DNA of 64,000 nt from contig JAHDIR010000006.1 of the NCBI GenBank assembly GCA_020630675.1, forward strand, positions 21,132 to 85,131, read 5' to 3'. Origin of the DNA: Bdellovibrionales bacterium (GTDB lineage Bacteria > Bdellovibrionota > Bdellovibrionia > Bdellovibrionales > UBA1609). The notes under the pieces are model-generated. The model did no database searches, had not been told where the DNA came from, and saw only the letters and a program-made list of their open reading frames with translations. Of this stretch, positions 8,677-18,427 are shown piece after piece. Positions within the stretch are counted from its first letter, which is position 1. Every line of letters begins with the position of its first letter. A program made the position numbers and the translations under genes.

Positions 8677-9503
8677 GTTTGAAAAATACTAAAGTTGGTT
8701 TTATAGGCTGCGGAAATCTTGCTCAAGCGATTTTAAAGTCTGTTCTTGTTAATAATATAATGTCTAAAGATCAGTTTGCATTTACCAATAGGTCTGAAGC
8801 CAAAGCTAATAAAATCAAAAGTGATTTTGGCATTTCGTCTTATGATAGTAATGATGAATTAATTGATAGTTCGGATATTGTTATTATTGCTGTTAAACCT
8901 CAAGATTTTCTCGAGGCGGTTGAGCCTTTTGTGTCAAATTTCAGGCCAGAACAAATTGTTGTTAGTTTAGCGGCAGGAGTTGATTTTAAGTCTTTACAAG
9001 CTTTAGTGACAACGACTCCTCGTTTAGTAAGAGTTATGACTAATACGCCCGCATCAGTGTCCAAAGGGGTTGTTGGCTATTACCATTCTCGAGAAGACGG
9101 ACCGTTGGATTCAACCATTGAATATATATTTGGAAGTTTGGGCCGCGTATATCCATTAAAAGATGAAGACGAGTTTGCAGCCTTTACGGTGGCTGTTTGT
9201 AGTGGAGTGGGCTTTATTTTTGAAATTATGTCGTATTGGTCGGAGTGGATGGAGCAGTATGGAATTAGTCGATTAGCCGCTGAAAATATGATTTTAGATA
9301 CTTTTAAAGGCACTGTTTTATTGGCCGAACAAAATAGTGATATGTCGTTAACCCAATTGCAAGATAAAGTCGTCTCTAAAAAGGGAGTCACGCAAGCAGG
9401 CCTGGACGCCATGAATGAAATGGAGTTAGAGCGTTTGTTTAGGGTTTCTTTTGAAAAAGCAGTTATGAGAGACAAGGAGTTAGCGAAATTTATTAGCCCT
9501 TAG
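8673..9503 (+). CDS. proC: pyrroline-5-carboxylate reductase
   Basis: N-terminal Rossmann motif GFIGCGNLAQA, internal VRVMTNTP and C-terminal SKKGVTQAG, typical of ProC. ATGA overlap with yggS. Confidence 0.9.
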   Translation: MSLKNTKVGFIGCGNLAQAILKSVLVNNIMSKDQFAFTNRSEAKANKIKSDFGISSYDSNDELIDSSDIVIIAVKPQDFLEAVEPFVSNFRPEQIVVSLAAGVDFKSLQALVTTTPRLVRVMTNTPASVSKGVVGYYHSREDGPLDSTIEYIFGSLGRVYPLKDEDEFAAFTVAVCSGVGFIFEIMSYWSEWMEQYGISRLAAENMILDTFKGTVLLAEQNSDMSLTQLQDKVVSKKGVTQAGLDAMNEMELERLFRVSFEKAVMRDKELAKFISP

Positions 9504-9591
9504 TCGAGTTAGCAGGACCTAGAATGTATTCCAGTAGTCAGACCTTAAAGTCGTGAGTACAATGAAAAACAGCAAAAAAAGGGTGGTTAAA

Positions 9592-10173
9592 ATGAAAATA
9601 GCTCCAATAGATATAGCTCATAAAAGTTTTACTCGTAAAATGATGGGGTTAGATCCTGATGAGGTCATGAGCTTTCTAAAGACAGTTTCTGATGAGATGG
9701 AAAGTCTAATCAGTGAAAGAAACAACTTAAGGCAGAGCTTACGAGATAAAGAGTTAGCTATCATCGAATTCAAAGAAAGAGATGAGCTTCTTAAAAACAC
9801 GATTACAACAGCCACTAAAATGTCCGATAAAATTCGTGTAGATGCAGAAAGAGAATCAAGACTTCTTTTAAATGACGCTAATCAAAAAGGTGAGGCGATT
9901 GTTCGTGATGCTCGCGATTCTTTGAAGCGAATTTATCAAGAAATTACTGACTTGAAAAAAATTAGAATGCAGTTTGAAAATAATTTAAAAGCCCTGATTC
10001 AATCTCACCTTACAATGATGGAACAGGGGCAAAATGTAATGCCTAGCCCTAAAGTTGGGCATGAAACAGCTGCTCAGCCAAGAAGGTCCATGCTCAATGA
10101 TGATGAGCAAATCAAGGCCAATATTTCACAGGCTATTTCTAAAGCGACTCAAGTCAATTTAGATATTGAGTAG
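9592..10173 (+). CDS. divIVA: DivIVA domain cell-division/polarity protein
   Basis: Starts MKIAPIDIAHKSFTRKMMGLDPDEVMSFL (classic DivIVA N-terminus) followed by coiled coil. GTG 9553 and ATG 9562 are alternative upstream starts. Confidence 0.85.
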   Translation: MKIAPIDIAHKSFTRKMMGLDPDEVMSFLKTVSDEMESLISERNNLRQSLRDKELAIIEFKERDELLKNTITTATKMSDKIRVDAERESRLLLNDANQKGEAIVRDARDSLKRIYQEITDLKKIRMQFENNLKALIQSHLTMMEQGQNVMPSPKVGHETAAQPRRSMLNDDEQIKANISQAISKATQVNLDIE

Positions 10174-10188
10174 AGCTTTTAAGATTTC

Positions 10189-11034
10189 GTGAACTTATCA
10201 CAAACAATTGATCAGTGCTCATTAGTAGTATTAGACCTTGAAACTTCGGGGAAGTTCCCCGTTGAGTCTGATATTTGTGAAATAGCCGCTGTTAAATATT
10301 TGAATGGGCAAGTGATCGACACTTATCAAACATTAGTGAAACCTAGAGAGCCCATGAGTGATTTTGTCATAGGCATTCATAATATTACGAATGAAATGGT
10401 AGAAAACTCGCCGGCGATTAGCGATGTAATTGAGAATTTTTGGAATTTTTGTAAAAATAGTGTTTGTGTGGCTCATCATGCGCCTTTTGATTTAGGCTTT
10501 CTGTCTTATGATTTTGAGCGATTTAATCTAGGTTTACCTTCTGGTGTGAACTTGTGTACGAGTTTATTGGCAAGGGCTTTGATATCTGAAACAGCCAACC
10601 ATAGATTACAAACTTTAGTTCAATTTTTAAAGATTGAACCGGGGGCCGCTCACCGCGCTCTTGATGACACGAAGTCTTGTTTAGCGGTATTACAAGAGTG
10701 TATTCGTCGGGCCTCACTCAATACAGAAGTGACCTTAGAAAGCTTACTAAAAATTCAAGGGCCCTTTTTAAAATGGTCAGATTTTTCAATGAATTATTAT
10801 CGGCAACAAGATGTTTTTTCTCAGTTGGTGATGGCCACTGAGGCTCAAACTCCCGTTATGATGACCTATGGTGGCGGCTCCAAAGCAGGTAAGCCCCGCT
10901 GGATTCATCCTATATCAATAGTGAGAAACCCTGAAGGTGATTTTCTAGTAGCCTTTGATACAAAAGAAACCAACAAGAGACCAAAGCGTTATTATATGAA
11001 CAAAGTCTTAGCTATTGAAGAGGTCAGCTCTTAA
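10189..11034 (+). CDS. DEDDh 3'-5' exonuclease (DnaQ/epsilon-like) with a C-terminal WYL-like domain
   Basis: Exo motifs VVLDLETSG, AHHAPFDLGFL and HRALDDT. The C-terminal ~90 aa (PVMMTYGGGSKAGKPRWIHPISIVRNPEGDFLVAFD...RYYMNKV) resembles a WYL-type beta-barrel. GTG start. Confidence 0.75.
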   Translation: MNLSQTIDQCSLVVLDLETSGKFPVESDICEIAAVKYLNGQVIDTYQTLVKPREPMSDFVIGIHNITNEMVENSPAISDVIENFWNFCKNSVCVAHHAPFDLGFLSYDFERFNLGLPSGVNLCTSLLARALISETANHRLQTLVQFLKIEPGAAHRALDDTKSCLAVLQECIRRASLNTEVTLESLLKIQGPFLKWSDFSMNYYRQQDVFSQLVMATEAQTPVMMTYGGGSKAGKPRWIHPISIVRNPEGDFLVAFDTKETNKRPKRYYMNKVLAIEEVSS

Positions 11035-11037
11035 TAA

Positions 11038-12009
11038 TTAGCCTGTGGGGTCAAGAGGTTTTTTGGGGTTAGCTTCCTTGTCTTCGTCACTTATGTTTTT
11101 GGTCAAAGCATTGGCTGTGTAGTTTTTCTTGAATTGCGCTCGAATGATTTCTGCCAGCTGTTCAAGATGAACGAACTCATCACCGGCTCGCAATTTAAAC
11201 TTACGATCTTTACCGTTAGCTAAATCTTTTAAAAATAATTCAAAAGCGTAAATGGGACCAGCTGTTCTGTGTGATAAAATTCGTCCGATGATAAAAAGAG
11301 TCAGCATAAAAATTCCACTAATACAGCCAAAAGTGACTAAAAAGGGAAATATAAATTTATGTTCAATTGTAGTTGAGCGGCCAATAACGAGGTCATCAAT
11401 TGTCACTTTTAAATATGTGTAAGAAAAAGTTCCGCAAATGGTCGCAAAACCAGCCCCAATAGCCATGAGCTTTAAAATATACTTTCTTTGAAATTTAGGG
11501 TTAACCCAAGTTTGTTTTCTTTCATTTTCATTGGGCCATAGCTGATTGCCTTCTTTAATGAGGTTGACAACAATTAGCCCGTAACCCACCCACTGAAGAG
11601 CATCGGCAACATTAAAGGCGGGAGTGGCCTTTTGTCGACTACCTAAGGTAATAAAATCTACAACTGACCCCCACAAAATACGGTCATGAACATTTCCTAA
11701 AATTCCACCTAACAAAATTGACATTCCTGACCTTAAACCTAAAGACCTTTTGGGTAGGAGGTATTGAATAAATGTATAAATAAAAATAAGAAAAGCACCA
11801 CCTGTAGATAATGAAACTATTCTTAAAACTGGTGGGAGGTCAGAGAACATTCCAAGCATAGCTCCTGGGTTTCGGTGCAAAACAAAACCGACGGGCCCAT
11901 AAAATTTAAACCCAACAATGGTATCTAAAGCCCAAACTTTAGTGACTCGGTCCAACCCCCAAACAATCAATATGAGGCTTATGATAAAAAACCAGTCTCT
12001 TTTTTTCAT
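11038..12009 (-). CDS. lspA: lipoprotein signal peptidase II fused to an extra two-TM plus HAMP-like C-terminal module
   Basis: The first ~155 aa carry LspA motifs (HRNPGAMLG, GNVHDR, VVDFI, FNVADA). Residues ~175-323 add two TM helices and SHRTAGPIYAFELFLKDL...LRAGDEF. Confidence 0.8.
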   Translation of the reverse strand: MKKRDWFFIISLILIVWGLDRVTKVWALDTIVGFKFYGPVGFVLHRNPGAMLGMFSDLPPVLRIVSLSTGGAFLIFIYTFIQYLLPKRSLGLRSGMSILLGGILGNVHDRILWGSVVDFITLGSRQKATPAFNVADALQWVGYGLIVVNLIKEGNQLWPNENERKQTWVNPKFQRKYILKLMAIGAGFATICGTFSYTYLKVTIDDLVIGRSTTIEHKFIFPFLVTFGCISGIFMLTLFIIGRILSHRTAGPIYAFELFLKDLANGKDRKFKLRAGDEFVHLEQLAEIIRAQFKKNYTANALTKNISDEDKEANPKKPLDPTG

Positions 12010-12226
12010 ATTTTAGTTATCCTTTGTAGATGTGCATAAAAGCTTAGATTTCTATCGGTTTATTTTGTGCAAGACTCATTATGATCTTAGTCTAGAAAGT
12101 TAATAAATATAGGGTTATTTTCATAGCTTATGCTCTAGAAAAAGGCGATGAGAGCTGGTCGTCGTGTTTTAAAATAAGACATTAAATTTAGTTTATGTTT
12201 TTGTCAGACTATAGTATAGCTCAGTT

Positions 12227-13978
12227 ATGAACCCATTAAAGCAAGTTTTAAATTATACTCGAACTTTAAAAAAACAAATTTACTGGGCCAGTGCCTACTC
12301 TTTTATCAATAAAGTGTTTGATCTCTTGCCTCCGGTATTAATTGGTGTGGCTGTCGAAATTGTGGTTAAAAAGGAAAATTCTTTTTTATCTGATTATGGT
12401 TTAGTCGACCCCTTTCATCAGCTTCTAGTTTTATCTTTGCTAACATTAATAGTTTGGGGGTCGGAGTCTTTATTTGAATATTTGGCCAATGTTAAGTGGA
12501 GAAATATAGCACAAGACTTACAGCACTTATTAAGAGTAGATACCTATAGCCATGTTCAAAACTTAGATCTTAGCTACTTTGAGGATAAAAATTCAGGGCA
12601 ATTGATTTCAGTCATAAGTGATGATGTCAATCAACTGGAACGATTTTTAAATGAAGGCGCCAACACGATCATTCAGGTGGCCACTACGGTTGTGTTTATA
12701 GGGGCTGTTTTTATTTACTCTTCTCCTTTAGTGGCTACATTTGCTTTCCTACCAATACCTATTATTTTATTGGGGTCATTTAGTTATCAAAAAAAATTAC
12801 AGCCTTTGTATCAAAACGTCAGAGGAAAAGTCGGAAACCTTAACGAAGCTTTAGTCAATAATTTTAGAGGGATTGCTAATATTAAAAGCTTTACGGCTGA
12901 ACTTTTTGAAAAAGAAAAACTTCAAAAATTGAGCACAGATTATTGTGCCGCCAATTCACAGGCCATTCGGGTTTCTTCAGCCTTTTCTCCTTTGATACGA
13001 ATGGCTGTGGTTGCAGGATTTATTGCGACCTTAGTGATTGGGGGTAAGCTGACGGTAGAAGGAGACCTTTCCGTTGGTGTTTATAGTATATTAGTTTTTA
13101 TGACTCAAAGATTATTATGGCCTTTGACAAGGCTTGGAACTACTTTTGATTTGTATCAGAGGTCAATGGCGTCTGCGGAAAGAATTTTTCAACTTTTACA
13201 AACTCCTATTTTTATTAAAGAAGGCACTGAAGTTTTTTCTGAAAAATCGAAAGGAAAAATTGAATTTAAGTCTGTGTCTTTTTCTTATAACCCTGGTCAT
13301 AAAATTTTAGACAATATTTCTTTTCAAGTGCAGCCCGGAGAAATGCTGGCTATTGTTGGCTCTACGGGGTCTGGAAAAAGCACTGTTGTTAAATTGTTAA
13401 ATCGGTTTTATGAAGCCAACGACGGGCAAATTCTAATTGGCGACCAAGATATTAAATCTCTTAAGTTTTCTTCATTGCGTTCTGAGCTTTCCTATGTGAG
13501 CCAAGAAAATTTTTTATTTCATGGAACCGTTAACGAAAACATTAAGTTTGGTGACATCAATAAAACTTTTTCTGAAGTTCAGCAGGCGGCTCAACGTGCA
13601 GAAGCTCAAGACTTTATTGAATCACTTCCTAAGCAATGGGACACTATCATTGGTGAAAGAGGTCAAAAATTATCTGGTGGTCAGCAACAACGGCTATCTT
13701 TAGCGCGGGCATTGTCTAAGAATTCTTCGGTACTTATTTTAGACGAAGCCACAAGCGCTGTAGATAATGAAACAGAAGCCGCTATACAGCGCTCGCTAGA
13801 AAAAATTGCGAGTGAAAAAACAACCATTGTGATTGCTCACAGGCTATCAACGATAGTGAATGCCGATCAAATTTTAGTTTTAGATCAAGGACGTATTGTT
13901 GAGCAAGGGAAGCATCAAGAGCTTCTTAATAAAAAGGCTGTTTATTCTGGGCTGTGGAGAGTGCAAACAGGCCTATAA
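12227..13978 (+). CDS. ABC transporter, fused permease/ATP-binding exporter (MsbA/MdlB-like)
   Basis: Six-TM N-terminal half, Walker A GSTGSGKST, signature LSGGQQQR and Walker B ILILDEATS. Confidence 0.9.
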   Translation: MNPLKQVLNYTRTLKKQIYWASAYSFINKVFDLLPPVLIGVAVEIVVKKENSFLSDYGLVDPFHQLLVLSLLTLIVWGSESLFEYLANVKWRNIAQDLQHLLRVDTYSHVQNLDLSYFEDKNSGQLISVISDDVNQLERFLNEGANTIIQVATTVVFIGAVFIYSSPLVATFAFLPIPIILLGSFSYQKKLQPLYQNVRGKVGNLNEALVNNFRGIANIKSFTAELFEKEKLQKLSTDYCAANSQAIRVSSAFSPLIRMAVVAGFIATLVIGGKLTVEGDLSVGVYSILVFMTQRLLWPLTRLGTTFDLYQRSMASAERIFQLLQTPIFIKEGTEVFSEKSKGKIEFKSVSFSYNPGHKILDNISFQVQPGEMLAIVGSTGSGKSTVVKLLNRFYEANDGQILIGDQDIKSLKFSSLRSELSYVSQENFLFHGTVNENIKFGDINKTFSEVQQAAQRAEAQDFIESLPKQWDTIIGERGQKLSGGQQQRLSLARALSKNSSVLILDEATSAVDNETEAAIQRSLEKIASEKTTIVIAHRLSTIVNADQILVLDQGRIVEQGKHQELLNKKAVYSGLWRVQTGL

Positions 13979-13995
13979 TTTAACAGGGTTTGTCT

Positions 13996-14688
13996 TTATA
14001 AAAATTGTGCGACCACTCCCAAGCCGAGGTGGAGACTATTTTTTATATCACCGACCTCTTCTTGGAACGTAGACTCCGTAACTTCGGAGGAGTAGTAAAT
14101 TAAGCCGGTTTGTAAATTTAAAGAAGGAGTCATTGGATTTGTTGTTTGAAAAATCAATGAGGCGATATTGTCACGAGTAGTTATATCATTTCCGAATTGA
14201 GAGTAGCCATGGCTGATTCTTAAAATCATATTTCCATTATTGGTGACCCGAAACGCAGCTTGGGCAAATACCGCATTAGAAGTTTGATTTAAGACTTGGG
14301 TGAGTGAGTTTTGAGTGATTTCTTGTTGAGACCTTTTTTGTGAGACGCCCATGCCAAAAGGCCCATAATTAACTCCAATTTCAACTTGTACAAAATCGTT
14401 GTCTTCTTTATTAAAACCAAACCCAATCATTGTAGCAACAAAAGGTTGACCACTTAAAAAGTTATCCAAAGCCTGTTTTTGTAAGCGAGTCATAGTTAGA
14501 ACTAGTGTGTTAGGTTGAGCTTTGAGCTGAGCTTGTTGATAATTTTCGGTGTTGTTTATGGTGTTGTAAACATCTTGTAGGGTTACAGGCTTTTTGGGTG
14601 GACCTAATTGAAGGCCGCCGTTGGCCCATGTGGAAGAAATGGTTAAACTGATCAAAAAAAATAAACAAGACAACTTAACTGGGTTCAC
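13996..14688 (-). CDS. secreted protein, probable outer-membrane beta-barrel
   Basis: Signal peptide (LFFLISLTISSTWA) and alternating hydrophobic/polar strands toward the C-terminus. No family recognised. Confidence 0.4.
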   Translation of the reverse strand: MNPVKLSCLFFLISLTISSTWANGGLQLGPPKKPVTLQDVYNTINNTENYQQAQLKAQPNTLVLTMTRLQKQALDNFLSGQPFVATMIGFGFNKEDNDFVQVEIGVNYGPFGMGVSQKRSQQEITQNSLTQVLNQTSNAVFAQAAFRVTNNGNMILRISHGYSQFGNDITTRDNIASLIFQTTNPMTPSLNLQTGLIYYSSEVTESTFQEEVGDIKNSLHLGLGVVAQFL

Positions 14689-14858
14689 TCAATAGCTCCT
14701 GACTGATTGGGGGTAGCATAGACCTCAATTACAAGTCCTATGCCACAAATCAATAGTTAATGATTTCAAGGCTTTAAATGGGTTTTGCAGGTAAGTGAAG
14801 TGTTCAGTTTTTGGTGGTTTTGGAAAATAATTCAGCGTTCAAAATTGCGCTAAAAATC

Positions 14859-15767
14859 TCACGAGCTCATTTGCACCTGGTTACGTCCATTATTTTTGGC
14901 TTGATAAAGTGCTTTGTCAGCGAGTTCAATTAATTCACTGGCTATACTGGTGTCAGACGGAGACGTTGAAACTCCAATACTTAAGGTAACATTTGTTTTG
15001 TGATCACTATCAGAAAAAAAACTAAGAGATGAGAAGTTGTGACAAATTTTTTGAGCAAGAAGCACGGCCTCTTTTTTGTTGGTATTTGGTAAAATAACAC
15101 CAAACTCTTCCCCTCCATAACGAGACAAAGAAAAAGAGGGGTTGTTTAAGCACTCTGTTAGTCGGTCGGCAATGGCTCTTAAAAGTTTATCTCCTTCGGG
15201 GTGACCATACGAGTCGTTATAAGATTTAAAGTGATCGACATCAATCATAAGTAAAGAAACAGGATTTTTTGAATGAGAGTTTGATAAGTCTTTTCGGATT
15301 TGTTCTTGAAAAAAACGATGGTTAGTGAGTTGAGTGGTTGGGTCGGTAATAGATAATTTTTTATACTTATTTTTTTCTTGAACGAGGTAATGAGTTTGTA
15401 AAGCTTCTTGAATTTGAAGTTTTAAAACTTGATTGTCCCAGGGTTTTAAAAAAAACTTATGAATAATTTGTTGATTGATAGAAAGAGAGAGGTCTTCAAT
15501 TTCCATCTGTCCGGAGAGAATAACTCTTATTGTAGATGGGGATATGTTTTTGACTTCATTTAAAAAATCAATACCATTGACGAGAGCCATTTTAAAATCA
15601 CTAATGATAACAGGAATAACTTTAGGGCTACTTTTGATAAAACTTAAAGCCAAAGCAGGGCTTTCGAAGGAATGAACTTCAAAAGATGATCTAAAAACTC
15701 TGTGAAGAGCATTGAGCACCTCAATTTCATCATCGACACAGACTAGTAGCGGTAAGTGATTTTCCAT
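14859..15767 (-). CDS. response regulator receiver plus GGDEF diguanylate cyclase
   Basis: Receiver motifs (VCVDDE, ISDFKM, FFLKPW) and the GGDEF domain with active-site GGEEF (RYGGEEFGVIL). No RxxD I-site is visible upstream of GGEEF. Confidence 0.9.
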   Translation of the reverse strand: MENHLPLLVCVDDEIEVLNALHRVFRSSFEVHSFESPALALSFIKSSPKVIPVIISDFKMALVNGIDFLNEVKNISPSTIRVILSGQMEIEDLSLSINQQIIHKFFLKPWDNQVLKLQIQEALQTHYLVQEKNKYKKLSITDPTTQLTNHRFFQEQIRKDLSNSHSKNPVSLLMIDVDHFKSYNDSYGHPEGDKLLRAIADRLTECLNNPSFSLSRYGGEEFGVILPNTNKKEAVLLAQKICHNFSSLSFFSDSDHKTNVTLSIGVSTSPSDTSIASELIELADKALYQAKNNGRNQVQMSS

Positions 15768-15856
15768 AGAGTTATTTTATCGGTTTATTCTGGTCTTGTC
15801 ATGCAAATAGAATTTGATTAACATTGTTTTAAATTTAACCGTAAAAGGAAGTTCAG

Positions 15857-17308
15857 TTGCCTCAGTATACTTTAGCCCTTGTTTGCATTTTAACTTTTTC
15901 TTTTTCCCAGGCGGCATTAACTGAAAGAGGCCTTTCTCGTTTTACACAAAAAATTGAAAAACAAATAAAAAAGAGCCGTTTACCTAAGGGGCATTTAGGG
16001 CTTTCGGTGAGTGTGATCTCTGAAGGTCAACCTCATGAGCTCTATAACTTAAACTCAACTAAAAAGTTTATACCAGCCTCTTTGACAAAAGTTCCCACAG
16101 CTCTAGCCGCTTTTCATATTTTAGGTTTAGAGCATAAGTTTTTAACTACGTTAGAGGCCAATAGCCCCGTAGTTAAAGGTCGCTTAACGGGCTCTTTGTA
16201 TTTAGTCGGCCATGGAGATCCTGCTTTTACGTCTGAATCTATGTGGTCTTTAGTGAATGAGTTTAAAAGAGCTAAAATTCATACCATTGAAGGCGATATT
16301 GTTGTTGATGATACTTTTTTTGATTCAGAAAGATATGATCAAAATAGAGATCCGCATCGTAAAGACAGAGCTTATGATGCTCCGGTGGGAGCAATGTCTT
16401 TTAACTGGAACTCCGTTAATATTTTTGTACGCCCTACGCAAAAAGGGCAACCTCCATCAGTATATATTGACCCCATTGATAGTTATTTTAAAGTTATTAA
16501 TAAAGCAAAAACCATCGCTGGCCGTCGACAACGTTTAAAGATTAGTCGCATTAAAAATAAAGATCAAAGTCAGTTTCCTTTTGAAACCATTGTTATTTCT
16601 GGCAGTATTGGTCGAAAAGCTAAGGAGTATGTTTCATATAAAAGTATCACTCGCCCAGAAGTTTGGTCAGGCTATAATTTGAAAGCCTTTTTACTACAGA
16701 GAGGAGTTAAAGTTTTAGGAGCTGTTAAAATCGGGAAAAAACCAGGTTCTACAAAAGTTCTTTCTAAATATGAAAGCTTATCATTATCTCATGCTATTCA
16801 AAGTATGAATAAGTATTCCAATAATTTTGTGGCAGAAATGTTAATCAAAAATATTGCCGCTCAATCTCGACGTCCAGGAACGATGAATTATGGTTTAAAA
16901 AAAGTGAATGAATATTTACAAAAAATAGGGTTAGAGTCTGAGCATTATAATTATGAAAATGCTTCGGGTTTAACAAAAAATAATTTTTTTCGCCCTGTTG
17001 ATTTCACACAAATGCTCGTCGGTGCTCAGCAAGACTCTTCCATATTTCCTGAGCTTTTAACTTCTTTGCCAATATCAGCCCTTGATGGCACTTTAAAGAA
17101 ACGGATGACTCAACTCTATTCGGCCAAAAAAGTGCGAGCCAAAACAGGAATGTTAAATGAAGTGAGTGGTTTAGCTGGTTACATAAAAAAAGAAGCAAAA
17201 ACCTATGTGTTTACTTTCTTGTATAACGGGCCTTCTCAGAAAAATAAAGAGGCAAGAGATCTCTTCGACTACCTAACCGAAGCTATTGTTGTTTTTAATG
17301 ATCGTTAA
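15857..17308 (+). CDS. dacB: D-alanyl-D-alanine carboxypeptidase/endopeptidase, PBP4 (S13) family
   Basis: SxxK (PASLTKV), SxN (YSNNFVAE) and KTG (KTGML) motifs with PBP4-type spacing, plus a signal peptide. TTG start. Confidence 0.85.
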   Translation: MPQYTLALVCILTFSFSQAALTERGLSRFTQKIEKQIKKSRLPKGHLGLSVSVISEGQPHELYNLNSTKKFIPASLTKVPTALAAFHILGLEHKFLTTLEANSPVVKGRLTGSLYLVGHGDPAFTSESMWSLVNEFKRAKIHTIEGDIVVDDTFFDSERYDQNRDPHRKDRAYDAPVGAMSFNWNSVNIFVRPTQKGQPPSVYIDPIDSYFKVINKAKTIAGRRQRLKISRIKNKDQSQFPFETIVISGSIGRKAKEYVSYKSITRPEVWSGYNLKAFLLQRGVKVLGAVKIGKKPGSTKVLSKYESLSLSHAIQSMNKYSNNFVAEMLIKNIAAQSRRPGTMNYGLKKVNEYLQKIGLESEHYNYENASGLTKNNFFRPVDFTQMLVGAQQDSSIFPELLTSLPISALDGTLKKRMTQLYSAKKVRAKTGMLNEVSGLAGYIKKEAKTYVFTFLYNGPSQKNKEARDLFDYLTEAIVVFNDR

Positions 17309-18420
17309 AAAAATGATTGCACCATTTGTAGGTCGTTGGATTTTTCTTTTTCATAGGAGTAAATTTCTTCTAAAATAAACCCATGACTTTCTAAAGAACT
17401 GATTTGGTGAATGCTTTTAAGGTGCCTTTGCGAATGTTCGCATCCAACGGTAATGATTATGTTTAAACTCAATTGGATCAATTGACGAATGGCTTGTAAA
17501 CTCCATTGAGGAGCTCCTAATTGAATGAGCATTTCTAAACGAATTAAAGCCTGACGGGGGTGGTTGGCATGCATGGAGCAAAGCCCCCCTTCATGACCTG
17601 TCGATAGGGCCATCAAATAATCTTTGGCTTCTGAGCCACGAATTTCACCTATGATTAAGCGTTGAGGGCGCATTCTTAAGCTTTGCTTTAATAGGTCTGA
17701 CTGATCATATGTGCGAAGATCAGAAAACTGCTCTGTGCGTGTAAGAAGTTTTGTGCTTGATACGTTTGGGCATATGAGTTCATTTGTATCTTCAATAATG
17801 ACACATCTATCAAGCGGGTCGAGAACTTGTAAGCAAGAATTTAGAATGGTTGTTTTTCCTGAGCCTGTGGGGCCAACGATGAGTATATTTTTCTGATCTT
17901 TAATAGATTGCAAGATATATTCAATTTCTCGTGGCTGGGCCCATTGGTTTTCTTCTAGTTTTTTAAAGTTCCAACTATTCATAGAGTGCCGTCGAAGTGT
18001 GACGCAAGTTTTTTTTGTGATGGGCTTACAAATAATATGAACACGAAAGTTTTTCCAACTTGTATTTAAGTGCGGAGTTTTTAAATCAATTTGAGTTTTT
18101 GTTTCAAAAGTAATTTTATGTATAAAATTCTCAAAAGTTCTAGGTGAGTAAAACTCATCATTATGTTTTATGAAACGTCCCTTTTCTTCATAAATAATAC
18201 CATCATATCCGTTAATAATAATTTCGCTAATATTTTGGTTTTCGATGAGAGAGTGTAAGGGGCCATAGTTAAAAAACTCATTAATTATTCGATCTTGAAT
18301 TTCAATGGGTTCATTATTGATTTCATTGCGTACGTAATGCTGTAAGTCTTGATCTGAGTAGCTATCGCTTCGGTCTTTAATAATTTGATGGGCTTGTTTG
18401 TAAAAGCATTTTTGTAACAT
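17305..18420 (-). CDS. cpaF: Tad/CpaF-family secretion ATPase
   Basis: Walker A GPTGSGKTT, Walker B/Asp box RLIIGEIRGSEA and the His box region GHEGGLCSMHAN, typical of CpaF/TadA/VirB11-like ATPases. Confidence 0.85.
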   Translation of the reverse strand: MLQKCFYKQAHQIIKDRSDSYSDQDLQHYVRNEINNEPIEIQDRIINEFFNYGPLHSLIENQNISEIIINGYDGIIYEEKGRFIKHNDEFYSPRTFENFIHKITFETKTQIDLKTPHLNTSWKNFRVHIICKPITKKTCVTLRRHSMNSWNFKKLEENQWAQPREIEYILQSIKDQKNILIVGPTGSGKTTILNSCLQVLDPLDRCVIIEDTNELICPNVSSTKLLTRTEQFSDLRTYDQSDLLKQSLRMRPQRLIIGEIRGSEAKDYLMALSTGHEGGLCSMHANHPRQALIRLEMLIQLGAPQWSLQAIRQLIQLSLNIIITVGCEHSQRHLKSIHQISSLESHGFILEEIYSYEKEKSNDLQMVQSFF

Positions 18421-18427
18421 AATTTTT

